This document shows, piece by piece, positions 53,019 to 64,000 of a stretch of 64,000 bases of DNA. The notes under the pieces are model-generated. The model searched no databases. It was not told where the DNA came from and worked only from the letters and a program-made list of their open reading frames with translations. A program made the position numbers and the translations under genes. Each line of letters starts with the position of its first letter. The stretch's first letter is position 1. Origin of the DNA: Camelus dromedarius (lineage: Eukaryota); NCBI RefSeq assembly GCF_036321535.1, contig NC_087437.1, forward strand, positions 109,494,001-109,558,000, written 5' to 3'.

Positions 53019-56000
53019 ATGACATGCTTTTCTTACTGGATTCTGTGAGGGAAAAAAGTGCATGTGAAATTATACATTAGCAGGTAAAAGTCAGAGGGAC
53101 ACAAAAAGGAATTCAAAAGTAGATTTTAAATATTTAAACTAACATAATAGTTGGCAATGAGAAAAAATAGTTTCATAAATTGTGAAAATTATTTATTCAT
53201 AGAATGCAATGGTTTCTGTGTGTTCTCACTGTAATATAACACACTTGCGCCCTCTCTAAGGTGATGTCTAGTTGGTCCTCTTTAAAATGATTTACCAAAT
53301 TGAAATAAGAATTATATTTTGAAATCAGCTGAATATATGCACTGTTGCTCAAAATGTCCTAAAGTTACTCTGAAGGACTAAGCATTAATAAACCTAAGTT
53401 TAGAATTAAGTCTAAGGTAAATCATGGCTTTGTGTTACTTCTGATTTTTTTTTTTTAAGACCTACCGAAGTTTAGTTCCGATTTAGTATGTAGTCCTGGA
53501 GTCCCTAGGACTTCCCGATAAAGTTTTATACAGTAATCCTTTCTAAGCTTGCTATTACAGCAGCTTTCTGTGCTTGTGCAGGTCTGACTGGCTTAATTTG
53601 TTTTTAATCCAGTCCTCAAAGTTTTCAATGCATCTTGTCATTCTTGCCCTGCCATGCTGACCCACAGTGTGTGCAGCTGTCTTTTGAGGACGTACAATAT
53701 CCATCAGAGCGAAAAGGCACATTGCTTTATGTTTTTTTTTGTGTGTTTGTTTTGGTTTGGGGGGGTATGTTTTGCTTTTATTTATAGTGAACATATTTAT
53801 ATACCATCCCCTGAGCAGGTAAGCCTAGTGCAGTTCTTTATCTCTTGGGCTAAAATCTGGGGAATAATCTCAGGGAGCTGATCACAGATGTGCCGTATTC
53901 AGGCATAATCAAGGGGGATATTGGGGGGCATCTGGGTGGCATATACTGCATGCCCCCTGTGCAGAGCTGCTCCCACACAGACGGACTTGCTCCAATGTAC
54001 TGAGGTATTGGCAGGACATCTTAAGGAAGAACTGCCTTCTCCCATGTCCATGTCACATGTCTAATTAAATGCTTATCATGGACTCAGTACCAGAATATAT
54101 GGATTCATTTACTTAGCAAATATTCCTTAACTACCTACTATGTATTAAGCATTCATCTGGGCGCTGGGGACACAAAAATTAATAGGACACATTCCCTATG
54201 TAAGGGAGCTCACAGCATTGTCAATATTTCTTTGCTTAAAAAAAATAAAGGGGGTTGGAGACTCAAGTAAAAACCTAAGTTTTTTTTTTTAATTGAAATT
54301 GGAACTACTTCATGCATATAAGTGAGTGCATGCTTTTTGCAGAATGGGCAAGAGCAAGTATTGAGAACCTATTGCTCACTTTTCTGTTCCGAGTTTAACA
54401 CAATTCAGCACAGAGGAATGAGCAGCTCAGTGTTCATGGATGAATTGATACACTGATTGATCCACGCATTGCCTGCCTGTTCAGTCCTCATAGATCCACA
54501 CTTCTCAGAACCTCTATGGTCCACTTACAGGGGGTTGGCATTATTTTGTGTGGGCTATTCTCCTTTTAACCATTAGACTTGCCATTGAATTGCACAAGTC
54601 TTGTGCAGAGAACTGGAAGGGCCCTTCTGAACTCCTGCAACCACGAAGCATGTGGTTCAGCTATGAGAGACACTCTATTGAGTGCCTGGACCACGAAAAG
54701 TTGGACCTGGGCCAGGACACTGATATCCTGAGCTCTGTTCCAACAGACCAACCCTTCTCACTTCAGGGCTCTGTTAAGACTCTGGCTCCTCAAGGCACTT
54801 CTCTGGGGAAAGAGTCTAAAGATTCCTCCACCTCCCACAGTGTTCACTTGGCCAAATGCGATGACTCCAGAGTTCTGGAGGGTCACACCAGAGCAACTGC
54901 CACTCCAATTATCATTGTTTTTATCAGGCTGCTCAAGGTCCACGCCCAGCATCCCGGCCGTCTCACTGTCCTGGATGGTGCGAGACAGACTGGAAATTCA
55001 GAATCAGAGGGTCAGGCTGCCATGGTTTAAACCAAGTCATTTTAAACCCAGGTCAACAACAACGGCCCAGGCAATTTAGAACTCGAATATTTGCTCACCA
55101 TTTAAAGGGATGAAATTTGGTCTCTTTCCTAAGTCGATCAGGACAAAGTATGTGGAAATTTAAACTTGACATCATCTTTTATCACACACCAGAGTTTCCA
55201 TCCATGGACTCAAGAGTAAGTTAAATTATACTGTCCTTTCCCAGATTTGCTAAGGATGAAAGGGACTAAGTCCTCACAGGACTATACAATGAAACGATAC
55301 CAAGATGACATAAGCAAGGGGCTTTCAAAATTAATTTTTAAAGAAGTATGTCTTTTCTTGTGTGGTAGTCAGTGTGTGTGTGTGTATGCATTCGGGTTGG
55401 GGAGGATTTTTTTTTTTAATGAGATTCTCTAAGAAACAAAGCAATTTAGAAGGATAAGGATATCAACTGAAAAATATACTAGGTAGCAAATAAAGCAACT
55501 TGTTTTCCATCAACATTATGGAATATAACTGGAAAGATGTAAGGAAGGGAAAATAATTTTAGCTTCTCCTATATACTTCCATTCTTTTCATGCTACAATT
55601 TATTGCTGAGTGTGATGACATCAGACTTTGTTCTAATGAAATACAATCCTCAAATGGCTACGAGAAAGAGAGAAAGCTATATATTTTCTATCGAATACAT
55701 GTACAAATCCAATTAAATGTTAAAAAAACTTCAAAAATTATTATAAGGTAAAATATATGTACCTTAATGTTTCAGAAAAATAATATAACTTAAGCAATAA
55801 AATATTTTATTTCAAAAAAGGTCTTTGAAGCTGTTTTGTTTTCCATTACGGGTGGCATTTAGTTGTTTTTAAGTAGATTGATACTTGTTATTTTTCCTGT
55901 TGACTAAGTTCTATTTGGTTCCTTTTTTACTTTTATTTCATCTTGGTTTTAAATTTTGCACTTATTCACGTAGGCTCCAGGCTTGGGAGGTTTAAAAATG

Positions 56001-59000
56001 GTTATAAGTAACAGACAAAGATGAAGACAAAGATGATTTAAGAGGGAAAATAAAAAGACAAAGTAGTGAAAACAGTTGAGAAAAATGTTTAAAATAATAT
56101 TTAGAGGAAATTATCCTTTACAAGTTAATTTATCTCTGGGTGTCATGTTGGATAGGCTTATGTTCTTGAATTCTCTGGAAGACATTTCTTCGGTTTTCTC
56201 CCACATACTCCATTTGACTAGTTATTTCTGATGAAAAAAGTCTTTAGGACTGGCTAACCACATGAAGTGACTGCAACGTACTCGATATCCTGTGGTGCTC
56301 GCTGCAGTTAAAGTTGAGCAGAGAATAAGATTTGGTGCATTCTTGAAACGTTACTTATTATAGACCTGAGAATCCTTTGCTTTAGTATCTTGGATTTCTG
56401 CAAAGCAGAAAACAAATAGCATGTTGAATTCCTACAAAGCACACAGCATGCATGTCTCAACAATCTACTTGTAATCATTTGTAGCAATAAAATGTGACAA
56501 ATTCTGGGATTTTTTACTACATTTACATAAAAAAGGATTCAGTATAATTCATCTCAGTGGAGGAATGAGGATCATAAAGTTTCATTGCTCTTAACTGTTA
56601 TTTTGTATCTTTTTTGTTGATTATGTAAAACTCAAGTGTGTACCACCCCAAGAAAGTACTAAGTAAAACTTCTAGATTTTATAACATATTCCATGTTCTA
56701 GATTTATACAATACTCAAATCATTACATGATAATTGGATACTTATCATATTAAAGGAGGTCACAAATGTGTACCACAAATCGTAATTTAAGGCAGACTTT
56801 TCTAATATATTTTATAATCCTTACTTTTAGTAGCTCTGAATAAATTATATTGCAAAGAGAAACAACTGAGAATTTAAATTCAGCTAATGCATTTTAAATC
56901 AATTAAATAATTACCATTTTTTTTTTATTTTAAGAGTCATTATGTAAAAAGAAATCATCAACATGCATTCTGGATGGAAATGAGAGCTAAGCCTGACAAA
57001 GACAGGAAGATGATGGAGAAGACTGGTCCCCATGGATATACTACAGATGCCAAAGACCTCCCCTCGGCCCATAACCTGCTATTGAATTCAAGAACACAGA
57101 TTCAAAAGAGAAGAGCAGTTTGATGTAGAATAGTGGTAATTTTTAAATTCTTACTCTAGTGTTAGAAACTGTGCTAGTTCATTCTGTGTTAAAAAACCAA
57201 TAAAATATAGTTATACCTAACATGATGTACAATCATGTTTAGGTTTTATTATTGCTTTGGTGAAAACTGACTTCTATTCATTAAAAAATAAATGCCTTTC
57301 AGTGATGTAGAATATTTATCTTATAAATTAAACGAGTTCATGCAAACGATCCCTTTGGCGTCACTAAACATAATAGTTAACATTTACTGGGTGCTTACAA
57401 TATACAAGGCACTGTTTTAAGGTCTATGATATATTAAAAGAGTATTAACATTTGTTAATCAATATACAGTAAGTGTTATTAATATAGACATTCTAGAATT
57501 TATTTAAGGTTTCTGAAATTTAGATATATCCTGGTTTAATGCTATCAGTCATAATTTTAGTTGTTCTAGTCATAATTCTAATTCTCATCTAGTTATCTTA
57601 AAATGTTGTATGCCACAGCAACTTGATTAATCTTCTTTGTCAAAAATATTGTAACCAGATCTTTAACCTTGCCTTTTTAAGTCTTTTGTCATTCATAAAC
57701 AGTTAAGCTGATGCTTTGCAAAACTGCTTCATCTTCAATAAGATTCATAAAAAAGACTTTTGCACCAAAAAAAAAATTGTTAATCAAGTGTATATAGACC
57801 AAAAGAGAGAGAGAAAGAGAAATATAACTCTATTTCATGAGTTTATGCAGATTTTACTCATAATTTTATTTAAACAAACAATCAAAATAATAACTTTTAT
57901 TATTTCTCTAATTCTCAAATAACTACATCTCCTGGACACCAACCTGCCTCTCCACCATCTTTCATGTTCTATTGTAACGTATTTCTCCTCCCACTCCTCT
58001 TCCTGCATCACCAGTTTCTGTCTCATCCTGTGTCTTGTTGGCTGAATCTATCTTGGTCCAATTTCCTGCTGGTGTTCACAGGGCTGGTCAAATCTGCAAT
58101 ATTGCAGGAAAGAAGCTGGACAGCAGAGGGTAGCTTCTGGAACTTTCTACCTAGTCACTCCACATAAGGCAAACTAGAAATGGAAGTATATGCTTCAAAA
58201 TCAGCCTCCAAAATATGTTTTTTAAGATCATGTTACTTCTCTAGCTGAGGAAATTTGCCTGTTGGGCATCTGTATTTGATGATGTCCCTTCAGTGTGACT
58301 CACTATAATACAAAATTAAATGATATCTTTCTAGGGTTTTAGAAGTAAACAAGTAACTGGTATCATTTACCCATTTATTTAATGGAGATAAACGATTACA
58401 ATTTGGTGTTTCCATTGTTCAAGTAACACAGAACCTTCAGCAATGAATAAGATTTCTCTGTTAACAATGACACTTTATTTTATTTGACTAAGGCAGATAT
58501 GGCCTCTGCTCATAAATTATTCAATGAAGTGCTAAAAGATTTTCCTCTACAAAATACCTTTAGTAGATAGATTTTCTTGTTCCCTAGACACACAAATTAC
58601 AAAAACTTTCAAGTTAGGGTGAAGAAAATCTTTATAAGAATATTTTGAAAACACTTATTTTTTTTAAATAAAATTAAAATTCATTAAAAAAAAATCCCTC
58701 ATCCAAGTCTGTTTCATTTTGCACACCCATTTTCAGAGAAATGCTTCTTTAACAAACAATCCACTTAAAAAGGAATTGTTTCTATCCTATTTAATAAACA
58801 AAGCCACCAATTATTGAATCAGACTTTCTTCAAATGGAAAAAATAATATTTAATAGTGATCGTTAAGGGTTGCAAAGATAAAGACTTCAAGATGAAAAGA
58901 AATAACTTTACTGGCTGCTTCATCTCATTTTTCTTTATTACACTAAAATATTTAATCAAACTATTGGCTTTTCTTTGAGGTTTTATTAAGGTTATTGCAA

Positions 59001-60439
59001 TAGAAACATAAGTGAATTTTCTGTGAGATCTCCATAGTCATTAATATATGATTATGTTACTAAAATGTGACTGCAAATAAGGTAAAACTATACCCGTGAG
59101 ATTGACACATTTTTATGTGATTACCAAAGTCAACACATTCTAGCACATTTAAACTGAATTAGCTTTCATTCAGTCTGTTGAAATCTAAGCTAAGCAATAA
59201 CGATTTTAAAAAATAATAAATTTACGGTTACTTTAACACAGAGGTGGTCCAGTTCTTTAACTCTAACAATCCTCAGCAATTGTCAAGAAGTTGTCAAAAA
59301 ATTGCTTCCTGATAAATCAAATGAGTGTTTATTATTCTAGGACGGAATCTGTAGAGAACTAGGGAGATGCTAGGTGATTGGGAAATAGCAATAGGAAGCC
59401 ATCTGTAAGTATCTTCATTGAAATAATCGGGGATTACAAACCTTCTCACATAACTTCTCTCCTTCAAGAGATTCAGGGATGAATCATTAAAAAAAAAAAA
59501 AGGTGCTTAATTTGCAGGCACTTGGAGGAAATAATACTGTAATGTAGCAGGCTGAACATCTGTCCAAAAAGACCTCAAAGAAACATGATGGCCTTTGACA
59601 GACCTTTTTAATAAAAGATGACTTTCCAAATGCACTGCTTAAAGAGACTTAGGAATTCTTGAGAGTTAAAATAACCTTTGATGATATATAACAACCTTAG
59701 TTTCCCCCCTTTAGATTTGCCTAAATGTGTGGGCGTCCTTTCTACCTAGTCTCCTCACTTACATCTAGGGAAGTCAATCTCCCTAAAGAGAGAATATCTT
59801 AAACTGATCATTGTAATTTTGGGAGGTCTGAGGCACAGAAATTATGAATGTGCAAATTTCCTTAAACTGAGAGAGAGAGAGATGACTGACACTCCTTCTT
59901 TATCAAACAAAATCATGGTAGATTTCTCCTTGACCTTGTAATACTGTATAACACAGAAAATTGAATTGAGATTATAGGAAGTTGATTTCTAAATATCTAG
60001 AGGAAACAAACATTTAATACTGCAAAATATTCAATTAAGTGGGAATTAACTTTTTTGGGGGGGATGTAAATCCCTGGTAGGTAGTAGGCCCTTTGCAACT
60101 AATTATTACAAGACGTTGTATTATGTCTTATCCTTATTTTCACAAGCGGCTTTTTACCTAGGTATTGAAATGTTTTGTAGCTCTAATTATCCTGACAGTG
60201 TGTGGCTATAATCTGACATAGAATACTGTTTTTCTCTTGCCCACTGAGAAGCATGGACAGAGGAGGCCAATTTTGTTTTTACAAAAGTAATTTTATTGGT
60301 TGGCAGTAGATTTTATCAGAAATCTTTATTGGCAGAACACCAGAAACATCACATACCAAATATGGAAGGCTTTTATAGAATTTCAGTTATCATTCAGAAA
60401 CTCTATATGGAGTGAGTACTAAGTAGTAAAATAATAATA

Positions 60440-60700
60440 ACAACAACAATAATAAACATATATTGAGTATTCTATGTGTCAAGTTTTGCTCTAAGTGCTT
60501 GAAATACCCTAACTCTATTGACTCCTTCCAATAATTCTATGTGGAAATTACTAAGATTATTACTGCTATATTTTATGTATAAGGAAACCTAAAGCAGAGA
60601 GAGATCGAATAACTCACCCGAGTACATACAGCTAGGAAGTGGCAAAGCCGATATTCAAACCAGGCAACTAGATTTCAGAATCTCTGTCATCAACTGCTAT
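60440..60700 (-). mobile_element. MIR SINE
   Basis: attgagtattctatgtgtcaag...aaggaaacctaaagcagaga...cagctaggaagtggcaaagccgatattcaaaccaggca. Confidence 0.75.
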
Positions 60701-60789
60701 GTATTTGTAAATATAGAGTCAAAGTGTTTATTATGTATAAATGGAAGAATAGTCTACAAAGTAGTTGATATGTATTATTTGAAACTGTT

Positions 60790-61215
60790 ACTATGATAAA
60801 TGATAAGGAAGGTTGAGGGAATGTTTCAGATTTAAAACTAAGAGACTTGGTGACCCTCTGTGGTGAGGAGTCCTCAGGGAGGTCCTGTACCAGGGAAAAA
60901 TCATTATAAAAGTTATTACTGGGATAATTAGGGCAATTTGAGTAATGTCTATAAATTGGATAATGTGATTAAGTCAAAGTTAAAATATCTGATATTTTTA
61001 TAATTGTACTATGATTACTTAGGTGAATATCCCTGATCTTTAATAAATAATGCTAAGTCTTTAGGATTAAAGGAACATGATGTCTTTATACACACACACA
61101 GAGGGATAGTAAATGACAAAGTAAATGTGGTAAAATGTTGACTATTGGTGAATCAGAGTAAAAGGTATATGGCAGTTTGCAGCAACTTTTTCCTATAAAT
61201 CAAGTTATATAGTGC
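60790..61215 (+). mobile_element. Ancient L1MC/ME 3' UTR fragment
   Basis: aattgtactatgatta, ggattaaaggaacatgatgtct and aaagtaaatgtggtaaaatgttgactattggtgaatc are typical old L1M 3' end motifs. Confidence 0.65.
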
Positions 61216-61699
61216 TTATTGAAAAGCCCTGGATATGGAGAGGATGAGAAAATGATTTATCCAGGATTTTAATACATTACAACACATTTTTACAGTATAG
61301 ACTAACAGAGTGAAAGTGTGCTGTGGGTTGCAATCCAGCTGAAAAAAAAAACAGCAAGAGAGACCTTGATGACATACCATCTTTGAGAAAGGGTATAAAT
61401 TAGAAGTCTTCCCCTAAAGTATTGTTTTAAGTATTAGCCACTAGTTTGTATACCTAAAATAGAGAATTTAAAATGTATCTTCTTGTTTAGGATACTCGAT
61501 ATAATTTCACTTAGCTTATGGCTCAAGTATCAAGAAATTGCATTCTTCATTTGCTTACAATTATAGACTTATGTATTTAAGAAAATATTTTTATGCCAGA
61601 AAACCATCATATATGCAGATTACTTTATGAAAGAGATTTTCCTGTTCTTTCCACTTCAAATTCTGGCCCAAAGCACCCGTACTGCACTGGCTGCTTGGC

Positions 61700-61890
61700 A
61701 TGAGCATCAGCCTGAGAGAAGGACTGGGTTCAAACCCTACCACTGTCACCAACTTGCTATGTGACTATGAAAACTGACTTCACTGAGTGAGTTTCTGTGA
61801 GCTCATCTATGAACTGAAAAAATGACAGCCTACCTTGCCATGCAATTGTGAAAATCAAAATGAGTAACTCTGTAAAGCATTTGGCACAGA
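61700..61890 (+). mobile_element. MIR SINE
   Basis: ctgggttcaaaccctaccactgtcaccaacttgctatgtgact...ttgtgaaaatcaaaatgag...tgtaaagcatttggcaca. Confidence 0.7.
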
Positions 61891-62086
61891 CAAAAGCATA
61901 TCTTTCAGTTTAAAAGACTGTATTTATATTTTTTAGTGGCAGTTAGAAGGAAGGGCTTTGACAGAGAAGAGTATAGAGTGGACAAAACATGCATGATTCC
62001 ATAGTTTTGCAAGAACTAACCCTTCTGTTTAACAACCCTTAATAATATTAAAATTAAAGTACGTTCTTCGCGCTTAAACATGACAC

Positions 62087-62138
62087 AAGACTTTTTTTTG
62101 ACATTGGAATAAGACTTTTTTTTGAAATTGGAATAAGA
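62087..62138. repeat. 24 bp tandem duplication
   Basis: aagacttttttttga(c/a)attggaat occurs twice with one mismatch, followed by aaga. Confidence 0.95.
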
Positions 62139-62489
62139 AAATTGTGTTGTTGTAAGAATTAAGTGAGATTTTAAGTGCCTTTGTGACAACCTAGAGAAGG
62201 TGAACTATGTAGAATGCAAACTGTCATAAGAAAACAGTAGATTTAAATAAATGCAACACTAAAACGCTTCTCTTTAGGCATTTGTAGACATGATTGTCCT
62301 GGCTTCCAACTAAGGAATCACTGCACACAGTTAAATCTTTTTGTAGTTTGAATACAATTTTCCCCATCCTTTTATTCTTTACCTCTCTGTTTCCTTTTTC
62401 AAGTTACATAGAACTTCCAGGTGATGACAGCTGTCATTCAAATGGAAATAAATATTCAGTACTCATAAGTATTGACAGATACTATTGAT

Positions 62490-63490
62490 TGTGCCCCTAA
62501 TTGTCATTTCTACTTTCTCTTTTGCTAAAAGAACTCAAATTTTGTTCTGGCACAGCATGTCCAGGCTCAGTGATGAATATTGCTAGATTTAAGGCAGAAT
62601 TTCTCAACCTTGGAGATTGTCATTTTAGACCAGATAATTCTTTCTTGTGAAGAGTTGTTCTGTGTGTTATAGGACATTTAGCAAGATCCCTGACCTTTGC
62701 TCACTAGATGCCAATAGCACCCATCCACCAGTTGTGGCAACCAAAGCTGTCACATATTGCCAAATATCCCATGGGGGGCATGAGGGTGGGTTATAAAATC
62801 ATTCCCAGTGGAGAACCTCTGTTTAAGCGAATCCTGGCAGCTCCATTCCCAGATGAGAGGATTGTTCTAGAGTGCACTATGTGACCAGGGCTGGCCAACA
62901 AGATGCAAGGAGATATCTGCTGAGATTTCTGGGAAAGCTTCCAAAGCAAGATTTATGAAGAGAAATTCCTTCTTCCTCCTTCTCCTTTTCCTTCCTGCTA
63001 GGTACATAGTCATGTGAGAACTTAAGGCTGGGGTGATGGAAGGCATCTTGACGATCTGAAGGAAAGGTCAAGCTAACTTCATAAATGCAACTTCAAAGCC
63101 TGGACTTTGCTGATCTTCTGCTCCACCCCTGGACTACCAGCCAGAGCATTTGTTGACCTATTTCACAAATAGTCGAGGTTCCTTCCCTCTGGGGACAAGA
63201 TAGTGTCATATTTCTCTGTCCCTAGCTCCCTGGAAGTTAGGTGTGCTCCTGTGACTTGCTTTGTCCAATGTGGACTACTTTGGGGCAGAAACCTTTGAGA
63301 GCCTTTCTCTTCCATGTTGAGATAGAGTCTACATCTGCTTCGGTCCTTAAGATTCACCGTGCTGCTCCCTGCTCGTAACAAGCATCCCTGCCAGTCTTTA
63401 TGGAGTATGTTTCATGTGCAAAAATACACCTTTGTGGCTTTAAACCCTGGTTTCTGGGGGTATTTATTTCAGCGGCATCACAAAACCTAA
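62490..63490 (+). mobile_element. Old ERVL/MaLR LTR fragments (LTR16/MLT1-like), interrupted by MER20
   Basis: atgtgaccagggctggccaacaagatg...ttctgggaaagctt and agttaggtgtgctcctgtgacttgctttgtccaatg are ERVL/MaLR LTR motifs. Confidence 0.55.
62595..62821 (-). mobile_element. MER20
   Basis: cagaatttctcaacct...ccagataattcttt...cactagatgccaatagcacc...gagaacctctg, with tttaag on both flanks. Confidence 0.85.
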
Positions 63491-63794
63491 TTCAACAGAT
63501 ACATCTGCCTTTAAATTACTTGCCAAGTAAATAAATATCTGTATTTATGGTACTTTTATTTATTAAAATATTTTTAGTATTCCAAGAGAATCCTAAATAA
63601 TGCAGAATGTTTGTTGAATTGTTTTTTAATTTTCTAAAAAAAAATATAGGTGGTATGTTTGAGATGATATCGAAAGTTGACTGTCAATTAAATAACGAGG
63701 ACTTTAGAACAATACAAAATTCTACATGCACATGGGCTTGTTTTTAATCCATTTGTTCTGTAAACTCTTTTCCATGCTATATTCATGCATTCAG

Positions 63795-63796
<2 letters not shown>

Positions 63797-63838
<42 letters not shown>
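63797..63838. repeat. (AC)21 microsatellite
   Basis: Directly visible and perfect. Confidence 0.98.
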
Positions 63839-63841
<3 letters not shown>

Positions 63842-64000
63842 GCAAACATACACCTCCCTCCCTGTTGGAAAGGTAGGACGGTCTGTTTCTCTCCAGTGCA
63901 CAGTTGACAGAACACACTGGGACTGGATTTTTCACATATAACCAGAGTTCCCATATGTCTATTTAAATATTTAAGCATAAGTCATTTGCTTGTAAATAAG

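Overview
Eutherian mammalian genomic DNA, most likely camelid (alpaca/llama/camel), judged from a short tRNA-derived SINE of the Vic-1 type. The window is AT-rich, CpG-poor and reads as intronic or intergenic. I found no intact protein-coding gene, RNA gene or CRISPR array that I can support, and every ORF I can recognise is a LINE-1 ORF2 remnant. It holds three copies of one young L1 family (4783-7887, 15008-15432, 19700-20499), an older 2.7 kb L1 (44719-47376), ancient L1M/HAL1, L2 and MIR fragments, hAT non-autonomous elements (MER20 x3, MER33, MER53), ERVL/MaLR LTRs and microsatellites. Repeat family names come from recalled consensus motifs and boundaries are approximate. The most unusual local structures are a ~95 bp segment present twice 2.1 kb apart, with one copy apparently replacing the middle of a MIR and both carrying AAG|GTAAGT; a near-perfect unique palindrome at 28026-28058; and a MER53 retaining a miR-1302-like sequence. 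I see no convincing evidence of a new biological system.
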